In this document: one piece after another, positions 1 through 11,400 of the stretch
How the letters are laid out: every line of letters begins with the position of its first letter
How positions within the stretch are numbered: position 1 is the first letter of the stretch
NCBI GenBank assembly: GCA_963813535.1
Contig: CAWEZH010000002.1
Coordinates: 416,001-480,000 of the forward strand
Length of the DNA stretch: 64,000 nucleotides
Direction of reading: 5' to 3'
Origin: an uncultured Chloroflexia bacterium
GTDB taxonomy: Bacteria; Chloroflexota; Limnocylindria; Limnocylindrales; CSP1-4
Notes under the pieces: generated by a model
What the model was told of the DNA's origin: nothing
Databases searched by the model: none
The model's input: the letters and a program-made list of their open reading frames with translations, nothing else
Translations under genes and position numbers: made by a program

Positions 1-59
1 GCGAGGACATCGACGACCTGCTCGAGGATTTCGAGCTCGGGCTGTCCTTCGTCGCCTAG
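1..59 (+). CDS. 3' end of a Cys/Met metabolism PLP-dependent enzyme (cystathionine gamma-synthase/lyase family), partial
   Basis: Frame from nt 3 reads EDIDDLLEDFELGLSFVA*, matching the ExxxDLxxDL C-terminal helix of this family; only 18 aa are visible. Confidence 0.5.
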   Translation, partial: EDIDDLLEDFELGLSFVA

Positions 60-835
60 CCGCGGCCCAGCTCGGCGGCCGCCGCGAGCGCCGCCCCGAT
101 CGTGAGGTCCACCCGCCGGACCACGTCGTCCTCGGGCGGCCGGAACCAGTCCTCGCCGCCGAGCTTGCGCGTGCCCTCGACATCCTTCGGGTCGCGGATC
201 ACGTCCGAGACGGTGAGGATCGTGCCGGCCCGGACATCGCGCCCCTTCGCTCGCTCCCGCATGACGAGCAGGTACACCGCCGCCGTCTCCATCTCCGCCG
301 CGAGGTAGCCGCGCCGACCCCAGCGCACGACGCCGTCCGGGTGCGGGTCGTAGAAGACGTCGGTCGTGACGATCGGTCCGATATGGGTGGTCAGCCCCTG
401 GTCGCGGCTGGCCCGGGCGAGGGCGTCGACCACGTCGAACGACGCGGTCGGGGCCGTGGGTTCGCCGGCACCCAGCACGCCACCGATGCCCGCCCACGAG
501 GCGGCGGCCAGCGCGACGACGACGTCGCCGATGTCGAGTGCACCGAAGCCCCCACACGTCCCGACGCGGATGAACGTGGTCACGCCGAGGTTGAGCAGTT
601 CCTCCATCACGATCGAGGTCGTCGGCGCGCCCATCATCGTGGTCTGGACCGACACGGGTACGCCGTCGACCCTGCCCGTGTAACCGAGCAGCCCGCGGTT
701 CTCGTTCACCAGCCGGCTCGCTGCGACCCCGCCGTCGAAGCGGTCGGCGATCCGCGTCGCCCGGTGCGGGTCGCCGGGCAGCAGTACGACCGATGCGTAG
801 TCGCCCGGCTCGGCATGGAGATGGATCTGGCTCAT
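56..835 (-). CDS. deoD: Purine nucleoside phosphorylase (DeoD/PNP_UDP_1 family)
   Basis: MSQIHLHAEPGDYASVVLLPGDPHRA, MGAPTT, IRVGTCG and AEMETAA motifs; ATG at 835 overlaps the upstream gene's stop. Confidence 0.85.
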   Translation of the reverse strand: MSQIHLHAEPGDYASVVLLPGDPHRATRIADRFDGGVAASRLVNENRGLLGYTGRVDGVPVSVQTTMMGAPTTSIVMEELLNLGVTTFIRVGTCGGFGALDIGDVVVALAAASWAGIGGVLGAGEPTAPTASFDVVDALARASRDQGLTTHIGPIVTTDVFYDPHPDGVVRWGRRGYLAAEMETAAVYLLVMRERAKGRDVRAGTILTVSDVIRDPKDVEGTRKLGGEDWFRPPEDDVVRRVDLTIGAALAAAAELGRG

Positions 836-1332
836 GCTCCCTCCGGGGTCCGCCGGCCGAGGCGACGCCACTCGACCGACAGGCAGCGATCCATGACGAC
901 GACCAATCCGCCGTCGTGGGCGATGCGCGCGGCCTCCCAGTCGACGATGCCGAGCTGCAGCCACAGGCACCGGGCGCCGACGGCGACCGCCTCGTGCGCG
1001 TGGGCAGCGCACGACTCGGGACGCCGGAACACATCGACGATGTCGACAGGACCGGTCGCGGCGACCGCCTCGCCGAGCGTCGGGAAGGCCGGGACGCCGG
1101 CGACGTGGGTGAGATTGGGGTTGATCGGCACGCAATCGAACCCTGCCGACAGCAGGTGCCGGAAGACGTCGTGGGAGGGTCGGCCCGGCCGGCCCGACGC
1201 ACCGATCACCGCGATCCGGCGGGTCGTCGAGAGGAGCTCTCGGGTGGCATCGTCGTCGAGGAGTGGGGCACTCCCACGCCCCTCCGCCAGGTCGAGGTAG
1301 GCGATCGTCCGCGCGCGGTCCTCTGGGGTCAT
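832..1332 (-). CDS. CoA-binding protein (YccU/CoA_binding_2 family)
   Basis: IAVIGASGRPGRPS, PINP, VDIVDVFR, LWLQLGI and VVMDRC motifs; GGAGG upstream of ATG 1332. Confidence 0.9.
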   Translation of the reverse strand: MTPEDRARTIAYLDLAEGRGSAPLLDDDATRELLSTTRRIAVIGASGRPGRPSHDVFRHLLSAGFDCVPINPNLTHVAGVPAFPTLGEAVAATGPVDIVDVFRRPESCAAHAHEAVAVGARCLWLQLGIVDWEAARIAHDGGLVVVMDRCLSVEWRRLGRRTPEGA

Positions 1333-1382
1333 CCGCCTCCCTCGACAGGTGGTTGCGAAATCATCGACGTCGCCCGTTCGAT

Positions 1383-1392
1383 AGCGTATCCT
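1383..1392. promoter_or_regulatory. Overlapping divergent -10 elements (TATCCT on +, TACGCT on -)
   Basis: AGCGTATCCT lies between divergent genes; the two TANNNT hexamers share the central TA. Confidence 0.5.
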
Positions 1393-1450
1393 CCCAGACC
1401 GAAAGGCCGCGGGTCCGTCATCGTCCCCCGGCCGCAGAGGAGGAGACACC

Positions 1451-2590
1451 TTGCGCAGCTCAATGCGGCTGCTGTCGCTCGGCGCGACCGCGGCCTTCAT
1501 CATCACCGCTTGTTCCGCTCCGGCGGCATCGGTGGCCCCGAGTGCAGCGCCGTCGGAGAGCGCCGCCGCCTCGGGAAGCGCCGCTCCGTCCGCGAGCGCC
1601 AGTACCGGCGGCTCGGTCAACTGGACCGCGTGCGTCGCGTTCGACACCGGCGGCCTTGGTGACAAGGGCTTCAACGACCTGGCCAAGAAGGGCCTCGAGG
1701 ACGCGGCTGCGGCCGGGTACACGACGTTCTTCGCCGAGGCACAGGGCGCGACCGACTACGCCGCCAACATCCAGCGCCTGATCGACCAGGGCTGCCAGTC
1801 GATCGTCACGGTCGGCTTCAACCAGGCCCAGGCCACGATCGATGCGACCAAGGCCAACCCGGACATCGCGTTCGCCCAGGTGGACGCCACCTGGGACGAG
1901 GCCACCAACGGCCCGACCCCCGCGAACTTCAGCGGTCTGGACTTCCAGATCGATGAGGCCGCGATGCTCGCCGGCTACCTGGCCGCGGGCTTCAGCAAGT
2001 CCGGCAAGGTCGGCACCTATGGCGGCCAGCAGTTCCCGGGCGTGACCCGCTTCATGGACGGGCTCTCCGCCGGCATCAAGTACCACAACCAGGAGAAGGG
2101 CACGAACGTCGAGCTCCTGGGTTGGAACGCCGCGGCCCAGACGGGCACGTTCGTCGGTGGTGACAACCCGTGGGGTGACCCCGCCAAGGGCGAGCAGCTG
2201 GCCAAGACCCTGCTCGACCAGGGCGTCGACATCGTCCACCCGGTCGCCGGCGCCACCGGCAACGGCAGCATCAAGGCGATGCTGAACGCCGGGAAATGGG
2301 CGATCGGCGTCGATACAGACCAGGCGATCTCGCTTGCCGAGTACGCCCCGGCGATCCTGACGTCGGCCGAGAAGGTCATCGACGTCGCCGTACTCGAGAC
2401 GTTCAAGAAGAACTCGGGTGGCGATCTTGGTGGTGAGAACTTCATCGGCACCCTTGACAACAAGGGCGTCCGCATCTCGCCGTTCCACGATTTCGAGGAC
2501 GACGTTTCGGCTGATCTGAAGACGGAGCTCGACACCCTGTCCGGCGCGATCGCCGGCGGGACCGTGAAGGTCGCGGACTACCTGAAGTAG
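1451..2590 (+). CDS. BMP family ABC transporter substrate-binding lipoprotein (nucleoside-binding)
   Basis: Lipobox IITAC, GGLGDKGFN and AIGVDTDQ motifs; AGGAGG RBS before TTG. Confidence 0.93.
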   Translation: MRSSMRLLSLGATAAFIITACSAPAASVAPSAAPSESAAASGSAAPSASASTGGSVNWTACVAFDTGGLGDKGFNDLAKKGLEDAAAAGYTTFFAEAQGATDYAANIQRLIDQGCQSIVTVGFNQAQATIDATKANPDIAFAQVDATWDEATNGPTPANFSGLDFQIDEAAMLAGYLAAGFSKSGKVGTYGGQQFPGVTRFMDGLSAGIKYHNQEKGTNVELLGWNAAAQTGTFVGGDNPWGDPAKGEQLAKTLLDQGVDIVHPVAGATGNGSIKAMLNAGKWAIGVDTDQAISLAEYAPAILTSAEKVIDVAVLETFKKNSGGDLGGENFIGTLDNKGVRISPFHDFEDDVSADLKTELDTLSGAIAGGTVKVADYLK

Positions 2591-2621
2591 TCCGACGGTC
2601 TGACCGACAGTCCATCCGACG

Positions 2622-2654
2622 GCCGCCCGCTCTCGATCCTCGAGGGCGGGCGGC
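2622..2654 (+). terminator. Strong intergenic stem-loop after the binding-protein gene (mRNA stabiliser or partial terminator)
   Basis: GCCGCCCGCTCTCGA-TCC-TCGAGGGCGGGCGGC, a 15 bp stem with no U-tract. Confidence 0.6.
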
Positions 2655-2680
2655 TCGGTATAAGAGGCTCATTCGCACAC

Positions 2681-4186
2681 ATGCGTCTCGAACTCAAGGA
2701 CATTACGAAACAGTTCCCTGGCGTCCTCGCGAACGACCGGATCTCGATCACGGCCGATCGCGGCGAGGTGCTCGGTCTCCTCGGCGAGAACGGGGCCGGC
2801 AAGACGACGCTCATGAACATCCTGTCGGGCCTCTACAAGCCCGACTCGGGTGAGATCCTGATCGACGGCACGCCTCGCCAGTTCAGTGACCCGGCCGAGG
2901 CCATCGACGCCGGCATCGGCATGGTCCACCAGCATTTCCAGCTCGTCCCGGTCTTCGACGTCGTCTCTGCGGTCGCACTGGGCGCGGAGAGCGTGACCGG
3001 GCCATTGGGCGCGTTCGATCGGACGACCGCCCGCAAGCGTGTCGTCGAGCTCTCCGAGCAGTACGGCCTCGACGTCCCACCCGACGCCGATATCGAGGAC
3101 CTGCCGGTCGGCGTCCGCCAGCGCGTCGAGATCCTCAAGGCGCTCTACCGCAAGAGCGACATCCTCGTCCTCGACGAGCCCTCGGCCGTGCTGACACCTG
3201 CCGAGACCGAGGAGCTGTTCGCGATCATCCGCGAGCTCGCCGGCAGCGGCACGACGGTCATCTTCATCACCCACAAGCTCAACGAAGTCCTCGAGGTCTG
3301 CGACCGGATCACCGTCCTTCGCCGCGGTCGCGTCGCCGGCACGGTCGAGCCGGGAACGACGACGCGGGAACAGCTCGCGAACCTCATGGTCGGTCGCGAT
3401 GTCGAGCTGCGCGTGGTCAAAGGACCGGCCGCCCCGACCGATGTCGTCCTGAGCCTCCGTGACGTCGTGGTCCGCGACGATCGAGACCACATCGCCGTGA
3501 AGGGCGTCTCGCTCGACGTTCGCGCAGGCGAGATCGTGGCGATCGCCGGGGTCCAGGGCAACGGCCAGACGGAGCTCGTGGAAGCGATCGTCGGCCTTCG
3601 CACCGTCGACTCCGGCTCGATGTCGGTCAACGGCGTCGACATCACCGCCTCGTCGCCTCGCCAGGTGTCCGACATCGGCGTCGCACATATCCCGGAGGAC
3701 CGCGGGCGCGACGGGCTCATCAACTGGATGACGGTGTCGGAGAACTACATCCTGGACTCGTACCATCGCGCGCCATACAGCAAGGGCGTCCGGCTCGACC
3801 TCGAGGCCATCAAGGCAGGAGCGCGCAACGGCGTCCAGGATTTCGACATCCGGACGCCGTCGATCCACACGCTGGCGGGGTCGCTGTCGGGCGGCAATCA
3901 GCAGAAGGTCGTCGTGGCTCGCGAGTTCTCGCGCCCCGTCAAGCTGGTGATCGCGGCGCAGCCGACGCGCGGTCTCGATGTCGGTTCCATCGAGTACATC
4001 CACAAGCGGATCGTCGAGCAGCGGGATGCCGGTGCCGCCATCCTCATCATCAGCACGGAGCTCGAGGAAGTGATCGCGGTCGGCGATCGCATCGCCGTGA
4101 TGTACGGCGGGCAGGTCGTCGGCATCCTGGAGGGCGAGGAGGCGACGTTCGAGGCCGTCGGCATGTTGATGGGAGGGGCACAGTGA
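2681..4186 (+). CDS. CUT2-type sugar/nucleoside ABC transporter ATP-binding protein (two ABC domains)
   Basis: GENGAGKTT, LDEPS, ITHKL, LSGGNQQK and QPTRGLDVG motifs. Confidence 0.95.
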   Translation: MRLELKDITKQFPGVLANDRISITADRGEVLGLLGENGAGKTTLMNILSGLYKPDSGEILIDGTPRQFSDPAEAIDAGIGMVHQHFQLVPVFDVVSAVALGAESVTGPLGAFDRTTARKRVVELSEQYGLDVPPDADIEDLPVGVRQRVEILKALYRKSDILVLDEPSAVLTPAETEELFAIIRELAGSGTTVIFITHKLNEVLEVCDRITVLRRGRVAGTVEPGTTTREQLANLMVGRDVELRVVKGPAAPTDVVLSLRDVVVRDDRDHIAVKGVSLDVRAGEIVAIAGVQGNGQTELVEAIVGLRTVDSGSMSVNGVDITASSPRQVSDIGVAHIPEDRGRDGLINWMTVSENYILDSYHRAPYSKGVRLDLEAIKAGARNGVQDFDIRTPSIHTLAGSLSGGNQQKVVVAREFSRPVKLVIAAQPTRGLDVGSIEYIHKRIVEQRDAGAAILIISTELEEVIAVGDRIAVMYGGQVVGILEGEEATFEAVGMLMGGAQ

Positions 4187-5391
4187 GCCGCCTGCGACGC
4201 ATCCTGGGCCCCGCGGTCGTCCCGGCGCTGGCCGTCCTGACCGCATTCATCGTCGGCTCGATCTTCATCCTGATCACCGACTTCGACAACCTGCAGCGAC
4301 TTAGCACCGACCCGGTCGGAGCCATCGCCTCGGCAGCCGGCGGGATCGTCACCGCCTACCAGTCGTTGCTGGCTGGTGCCTTCGGCGATCCCGCGCGGAT
4401 CGCGGCCGCCATCCAGGGCGGCCAGCCGCGCCAGATCGCTGCGGCCATCCGGCCGATCACCGAGACGCTCGTCGCTGCCACGCCGTTGATCTTCACGGGT
4501 CTGGCCGTGGCTGTGGCGTTCCGGACGAGCGTGTTCAACATCGGCGTCGAGGGCCAGTTCATCCTCGGCGCGTTCGGTGCGACGGTGGCGTTGCTGGTCT
4601 TGCGTGACCTGCCGGCGCCGATCCCGCTGATCGGGGCGATCATCGCCGGCATCCTGACCGGCGCCGTGTGGGGCTTCATCCCGGGCTTCCTCAAGGCCCG
4701 CACCGGGGCCCACGAGGTGATCACGACGATCATGCTCAACTACGTCGCCTTCCAGATCGTCCTGTTCGGGCTGCGGTCCGACTTCCTGCGCCAGGAGGGC
4801 AGCTCCCAGCCGATCTCGAAGGTGCTGACGCCGATCGCGCGGATCCCGGGGATCCTCGACCCGCTCGGCATCCCGAGCATCCGGCTGCACTACGGGTTCG
4901 TGATCGCGCTGATCATGGCCGCCATCGTCTCTTGGTTCCTGTTCAAGACCACCAAGGGCTTCGAGCTGCGCGCTGCCGGCTTCAACCTCACCGCCGCCCG
5001 ATACGCGGGCATGAGCGCCAGCGGGTCGATCATCCTCGCGATGACGATCTCGGGCGGCCTCGCGGCGATGGGTGGCGCGATGGAGGTGCTCGGCACCGTG
5101 CCCCAGATGTCGAATGACATCAGTTCCGGCTTCGGCTTCAACGCGATCGCGCTGGCATTGCTCGCCGGGAACCGCCCACTCGGGGTCGTCATCGCGGCAC
5201 TGCTCTTCGGCGCGCTTCGCACCGGCGGCGGGCTGATGCAGGTGCAGACCGGTATCCCGCTCGACCTGCTGTTCTTCATCCAGGCGCTGGTGATCATGTT
5301 CGTGGCGGCGCCCGGCCTCGTCCGCTCGATCTGGCGACTCCGGGCCCCGCGGACGCCGACCGGGACCGCGGTCGATGGAGCGGCGGCATGA
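4183..5391 (+). CDS. Nucleoside ABC transporter permease (BPD_transp_2)
   Basis: FNIGVEGQ, EVITTIMLNY and GFELRAAGFN motifs; multiple TM segments. Confidence 0.93.
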   Translation: MSRLRRILGPAVVPALAVLTAFIVGSIFILITDFDNLQRLSTDPVGAIASAAGGIVTAYQSLLAGAFGDPARIAAAIQGGQPRQIAAAIRPITETLVAATPLIFTGLAVAVAFRTSVFNIGVEGQFILGAFGATVALLVLRDLPAPIPLIGAIIAGILTGAVWGFIPGFLKARTGAHEVITTIMLNYVAFQIVLFGLRSDFLRQEGSSQPISKVLTPIARIPGILDPLGIPSIRLHYGFVIALIMAAIVSWFLFKTTKGFELRAAGFNLTAARYAGMSASGSIILAMTISGGLAAMGGAMEVLGTVPQMSNDISSGFGFNAIALALLAGNRPLGVVIAALLFGALRTGGGLMQVQTGIPLDLLFFIQALVIMFVAAPGLVRSIWRLRAPRTPTGTAVDGAAA

Positions 5392-6662
5392 CCGCCGCCG
5401 TGTTGACCGGCGGGTCCGACATGGGCACCGCCGCGCGTCAGGCCCTGCGGGCCGCCCGCATCCGCGGGGTCATCATGGCGGGCCTCGGCCTGGTCGCCCT
5501 CAACGCGGCGCGAAGCTCGTTCGATGTCCCGGCCACGTTCGCGTTCTGGATCGATCGTCAGGGCGGGCAGCTCCTGGCGCTGACGACCAGCGTCGGCGTC
5601 CTGTGGCTGGTGGCCGGCACTGTCACCGGCGTCTGCGGCATCGCCCAACTCGTCCGCGGTGCCGACTTCCGGTGGCGCCGTTCGCTGGCCGTCATCGTCC
5701 CGGTGTGGGTCGCCGCAATCCTCGCTGCGCTGCTCGCCGGCAAGGCCGCGAACCTGACGGGCGTCATCTCGGGCAGCCTCGAGCTCGCGGTCCCGATCAC
5801 GCTCGGCGCGTTCGCGGGCATCCTGTCCGAGCGAAGCGGCATGCTGAACATCGCGATCGAGGGCAAGTTCCTCGTCGGCGCGTGCGCGGCGTCGATCGCG
5901 GCGAGCGTGACCGGCAGCGTGCTGATAGGCGTGCTGGCGGCGATCATCGCCGGAGCGCTCGTCGGCCTGCTGCTGGCCTGGCTCGGCATCCGCTACAAGG
6001 TCGACCAGATCATCGCCGGCGTGGTGATCAACATCGGCGCGCTGGGGATCACCAACTTCCTGTTCCTGCGGGTGCTGTCGAAGAACACCGAGCTCAACAC
6101 GCCACCCACGATCGAGGCCATCCAGGTTCCGATCCTGAGCAACATCCCGGTCCTCGGTCCGTTGCTGTTCTCCGGGACGCCGTACCTGTACTTCACGATC
6201 TTCGCGATGTTCTTCCTGACCTACATGCTGTTCCGGACTCGCTGGGGGCTGCGCCTGCGCGCCTCGGGCGAGAAGCCGTCGGCCGCCGGGACGGTCGGCA
6301 TCGACGTCCTCCGCATCCGGTATCAATCGATGCTGTTGGCCGGCATGCTGGGCGGTCTCGCCGGCTCGTATCTCAGCCTCTCGACCGCCGGCAGCTTCCA
6401 GATGAACATGAGCGCCGGGCGTGGGTTCATCGCCCTCGCGGCGGTCATCTTCGGCGCCTGGCACCCGATCTACGCCTTCGGTGCGGCGCTGGTGTTCGGG
6501 TTCTCGGACGCGATCCAGGCGCTGCTGTCGATCCTTGGCGTCGACGTCCCGCCGCAGCTGCTCAACAGCGTCCCGTACATCGTCACGATCATCGTGGTCG
6601 CCGGTGTCGTGGGACGGGTCCGTGGACCGGCCGCGGCCGGCCAGCCATACGACCAGGGCTGA
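5388..6662 (+). CDS. Nucleoside ABC transporter permease (BPD_transp_2)
   Basis: SERSGMLNIAIEG, GLRLRASGE and GRGFIALAAVIFG motifs. Confidence 0.93.
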   Translation: MTAAVLTGGSDMGTAARQALRAARIRGVIMAGLGLVALNAARSSFDVPATFAFWIDRQGGQLLALTTSVGVLWLVAGTVTGVCGIAQLVRGADFRWRRSLAVIVPVWVAAILAALLAGKAANLTGVISGSLELAVPITLGAFAGILSERSGMLNIAIEGKFLVGACAASIAASVTGSVLIGVLAAIIAGALVGLLLAWLGIRYKVDQIIAGVVINIGALGITNFLFLRVLSKNTELNTPPTIEAIQVPILSNIPVLGPLLFSGTPYLYFTIFAMFFLTYMLFRTRWGLRLRASGEKPSAAGTVGIDVLRIRYQSMLLAGMLGGLAGSYLSLSTAGSFQMNMSAGRGFIALAAVIFGAWHPIYAFGAALVFGFSDAIQALLSILGVDVPPQLLNSVPYIVTIIVVAGVVGRVRGPAAAGQPYDQG

Positions 6663-6667
6663 CCGGG

Positions 6668-7714
6668 GTGAGCGCCGGCTATCCGGACGGGTCGGGACCG
6701 GTCCACGCCATCCCGACCTTCTTCGGCACGGAGGCGGGCCCACGCGGTGCCCCCGTCGGCACGCGCGAGCGACCGCTACCGCTGATCATCGACAGCGATC
6801 CCGGCCTCGATGACGCGCTGGCGATCGGGCTGGCCGTCGCGCGACCGGAGCTCGAGGTCCTGGCGGTCACGACCGTGGGCGGCAACGCCGATGTCCGCCA
6901 CTGCACCGAGAACGCGCTGCGACTCCTGCACGCCTACGGTCGCGACGACATCCCGGTCGCCGAAGGCGCCGCCGGCCCACTGGTCGGGCAGGTCGTCCGC
7001 GCGACCGAGGTCCACGGGGAGGGTGGTATCGGGACGACGGAGCTGCCGCCTGCGACAGCATCGGCGCACCCCGAGCACGCCGTCGAGCTGATCGCCCGGA
7101 TCCTGCGCGAGCGATCCGAGCCGGTGGCCATCGCGCCGATCGGCCCGCTGACCAATATCGCGCTCCTGCTCCGGCTCTATCCCGACCTGGCGCCGCGGAT
7201 CTCGCACTTGTCGATCATGGGCGGCTCGCTCGGTGAGGGAAACTCGACGGTGTCGGCGGAGTTCAACATCTATGCCGATCCCGAGGCGGCCGACGTCGTC
7301 TTCCGATCCGGCGTCCCGATCACGATGATGGGCCTCGACGTGACCCACCAGGCCCTGCTGGACCGATCCTCCGCCGAGTCGCTCCGCGGCTTGGGCACCG
7401 CGTCGGCGCGGATCGCCGCTGAGCTCACCGAGTACGCGCTCGACCGCAACATGGAGTGGTCGGGTCGGACGACGACGGCCATCCATGACGCGGTCGCCGT
7501 GGCGCATCTCGCGATCCCCGACCTCATCGACGTCGCGCCGTACCACGTGGCGGTGGACACGACGAACGGCCCGGCGCGCGGTCGAACGGTGAGCGACGGT
7601 CTCCCGTATCGGCTCCGACGCGATGGACGGACCCCGAACGCCGAGGTCGGCATCCGGATCGACCGTGGCAGGTTCGAGTCGATCCTCCTCGAGGCGTTCG
7701 GATCGCTGCCGTAG
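6668..7714 (+). CDS. Nucleoside hydrolase (IU_nuc_hydro)
   Basis: IIDSDPGLDDA, IGPLTN, AEFNIYADPEAA and IHDAVA motifs; the real start is probably GTG 6668, not the long ORF start at 5375. Confidence 0.92.
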   Translation: MSAGYPDGSGPVHAIPTFFGTEAGPRGAPVGTRERPLPLIIDSDPGLDDALAIGLAVARPELEVLAVTTVGGNADVRHCTENALRLLHAYGRDDIPVAEGAAGPLVGQVVRATEVHGEGGIGTTELPPATASAHPEHAVELIARILRERSEPVAIAPIGPLTNIALLLRLYPDLAPRISHLSIMGGSLGEGNSTVSAEFNIYADPEAADVVFRSGVPITMMGLDVTHQALLDRSSAESLRGLGTASARIAAELTEYALDRNMEWSGRTTTAIHDAVAVAHLAIPDLIDVAPYHVAVDTTNGPARGRTVSDGLPYRLRRDGRTPNAEVGIRIDRGRFESILLEAFGSLP

Positions 7715-7716
7715 GC

Positions 7717-8302
7717 GTCACCCGCTACGTCGCGCTCGGCGACTCCTACACGATCGGTACCGCCGTCGCCCAGACCGAGCGGTTCCCGGACCAGTTGGTC
7801 GCCGCCATACCGGCGCTCGACCTCGTCGCGAACCTGGGTGTCAACGGGTACACGACGGCCGACCTCATCCGCGATGAGCTGCCGGCCCTGGATGGGCTGG
7901 CACCCGGCGTCGTGACGGTGCTCATCGGCGTGAACGACGTCGTGCAGGGGGTTCCCGCACCGAGGTACGCGGCCAACGTCACCCACATCCTGGACGTGCT
8001 GCTGGCGCGCCTGTCGCCCGGTCGGATCGTCGCGATCTCGATCCCCGACTACACCGTCACGCCGGCCGGCGCCGACTACGGCGACCCCGGTCGACAACGA
8101 GCCGGGATCGTCGCGAACAACGCCACCATGGCCCGGCTCAGCGGGAAGCGCGATATCGCTTTCGTAGACATCTTCGACCTGTCGGAGCGAGCAGCCATCG
8201 ACAGGACGCTGGTCGCCGACGACGGGCTCCATCCGAGCGGCGTGCAGTACGCGACGTGGGTCGAACAGGATCGGGCCGGTCGTGCGCTCCGTGACTGGCT
8301 GA
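7717..8302 (+). CDS. SGNH/GDSL hydrolase; start codon not evident and a probable +1 indel near 8266
   Basis: YVALGDSYTIG (block I), NLGVNG, IGVND and DGLHPS motifs; removing one base near 8266 restores a WVERIGPVV-like C-terminus ending at TGA 8300-8302. Confidence 0.8.
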
Positions 8303-8444
8303 CCGCCGACACGACGTCCGACTTGGTGTGCGAGCGCACCGATATCCGTCTCTGACGATAGCGCCGCCGGTCATGTGGACACGTAGGCTCCGCTGCGCCG
8401 GAGGACGGAGTGGGTGACTCCGGTGCACAGGGGGGAATCATACG

Positions 8445-11400
8445 TTGCTTCATCGCCGCGCCAGCGTGCGCGTCGCGATCGCTATGGGCGTGCTGCTCGT
8501 CAGCAGCCTCGTTGCCCCCGTCGTCTCGGCGACGGGTGGCGATCCGTCGGCGCCGCGCGTGCACGCCCGGCTCGAGGAGCCAGCCGCTTGCCGCCGTCGC
8601 TCCGCCGCCATCGGTCGATCAGGTCGTTGCCGCTGCTCCCGTCGATAGCGGCGAGTGGGGCCCCCTCCTGGACTGGGGCGTCCAGGCGAAGCACATGGCC
8701 ACGCTGTCGACGGGCAAGGTCCTCGTCTGGTCGACGGGCGACAACGCACGCGTCTGGGATCCGTCGACCGGCACGTTCACGCTGACCCCGGCGACATTCG
8801 CCGATCTCCACTGTGCCGGTCAGTCGACCCTCGCTGACGGCCGGCTGATCGTGGTCGGCGGTCAGACGGGCTCCCCGCACAACGGCCACAACATCACGTC
8901 GCTGTTCGATCCAGTGACGCAGACGTGGACCCGCGGAGCGGACATGACCGACCTGCGCTGGTACGCGACGAGCACGACCCTCCCCGATGGCAAGATCCTC
9001 GCCACGTCGGGTGACGCTCCGGACGGCACGCGCTCGACCGTGCCCGAGCTGTACGACCCGATGACTGACACGTGGACTCGGCTGACCGGCGCCTTCCGTG
9101 ACCAGCCGCTGTACCCGCTGATGTTCGTCCTCCCGAACGGCCTGACCTACGAGTCCGGTCCGAAGACGTCGACCGCGACGATCGATGTCTCCGGCGTCGG
9201 AGGCTGGACGACCGGCCCGATCGCGCCATGGTCGACCAGCGGCTATTCCGAATCAGCCGTGATGTACCTCCCGGGCAAGATCCTGCGCGCCGGTGGGGGC
9301 GATCCCGCCCAGGCCCGCGCGGCGGTCGTCGACATGACGTCGGCCTCGCCGGCGTGGCGCGAGATCGCGCCGATGGCATTCGCCCGTCGCCGGATGAACC
9401 TCACCCTCCTGGCCGACGGCTCGGTCATGGCGATCGGTGGCACCGTGCAGGCGGACAACGCGGCGACGGCCGTGCTCGCCGGCGAGATCTGGGACCCGGT
9501 CACGGAGGCGTGGACCACGGTCGCCTCGATGGGCGAGGCACGGATGTATCACTCCGCAGCAGTCCTCCTGCCGGACGGCCGCATCGTGGTCGGTGGAGGA
9601 GAGGCCGCCGGGCGACTGCGCGCCCAAGTCTATTCGCCACCCTACCTCTTCAAGGGACCACGACCGACACTCTCGGGTGCACCGGGCACGGCCGCATACG
9701 GCTCGACCTTCACCTTCACGAGTCCCGAGGCGGCCGGGCTCGCGTCCGTCGCCCTGCTCCGACCGTCGGCGGCAACGCATGCGATGGACATGAACCAGCG
9801 CTACGTCCCGCTCGCATTCACGCGCTCGGGGACCACGATCACCGCCACGGCCCCCGCATCAGGTGGCGTGGCGCCTCCGGGCGACTACATGCTCGTGGTC
9901 AAGAGCTCGGCCGGCGTGCCATCGGTCGCTTCGTGGATCCGGATCGGCACGACGGCCAGCCTCCAGCCGGGTGCCATCGCCGGCACGGTCCGCGACGGCA
10001 CGACGCTGGCACCGATCGACGGCGCGACGGTGTCGACCGGCGGCCGTTCGACCACGACGGATGCGCTCGGCGCCTACACGCTGGCCGACATCGCCGCGGG
10101 TGACGCCCAGGTCACCGTCGCGGCGAGCGGATATGCGACGGAGGTCCGCCAGGCCACTGTCGCAGGTGGTCAGACTTCGACACTCGACGTCTCGATGGCA
10201 CATCCCGGCGACATCGCCGGTCAGGTCACGAACGGCCAGACGGGCATCGGGATCGGCGGCGTCACCATCGGGTATCCGGGCGGCGTGACCATCACCGACG
10301 CGAGCGGCCAGTACGCGATCGGCGGTCTCCCCGCCGGCTCGGTCGACCTGACGTTCGCCGCGACAGGGTTCGCCAGCGAGGACCGGACGGCACTCGTGAC
10401 CGCGGGCAGCGTGACCACGCTGGACGTCCAGCTCTCACCGACCGCCACGTTCGTGACCGGTGAGGTCCGCGACGCGACGACGAATGCGACGCTCAGCGGT
10501 GCCACGGTTTCAGTGGACACGGGCCAGACAACGACCACCGATGCCTTCGGTCGCTACCGGATCGACCTGCCGCCGGGCACCTACCAGGTGACAGCGGCGG
10601 CGCCGGGGCACGTGTCGTCCACCGGCACGACCGTGATCAACGGCGGCAGCTACGCGACACTCGATATCGGGCTCGCCCCGATCGCTGTCCCGAGCACGCT
10701 GACCTTCGCGCCGGTCGCCGACGCCCAGGTCCGGTCGAGCAGTCCGACCAAGAACTACGGCACCGAGACCGAGATCAGGCTTCGACTTGGTGTCCCGGCC
10801 ACGCCCACCACGCAGTGGAGCCTGCTCCGCTTCGACGTCTCGGGGGTCGCCGGTGCCACCGTCTCCGGCGCGAAGCTCCGATTGCGGGTCACCGACGCCG
10901 GGCCGCACGGCGGCATCCTCTACCGGACGTCCGGTGGCTGGGCCGAGACCGGCGTGACCTGGAACACCACGCCCGCGTCGATCGGCTCGCCACTGTCCAG
11001 CACGGGCACGGTGGTGCTCGGCCAATGGATCGACATGCCACTGCCGCCTGGGACCGTCACGGGCAACGGCCCGCTCGATCTCCTGTTGGTGGCCGGGAGC
11101 TCGAACAGCGTCTACTACTCGAGCCGCGAGGGCGCAGATCCGCCCCAGCTCGTCCTGGACCTCGCCGGCGCTCCGACGCCGACACCCACTCCCACGCCAA
11201 CACCCACGCCGACGCCGACCCCGACACCCACGCCCACGCCCACGCCGACACCCACCCCCACCCCGACGGCGACACCCACCCCGACACCGACGCCCACGCC
11301 GACCGCGACACCCACCCCGACACCGACACCCACACCGAACCCGGCCCCCGGTGAGACGCCGATCCGTCAGATGACCTTCGAGGGAGGGCTGCGCGATCCG

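Noticed and set aside
5375-6667. Long N-terminal extension of the nucleoside hydrolase ORF
   Set aside because: Overlaps the permease in another frame and is Arg-rich junk; the real start is near 6668
11173-11345. Repeat tract as a regulatory or mobile repeat
   Set aside because: Synonymously varied codons for a PT linker inside a CDS
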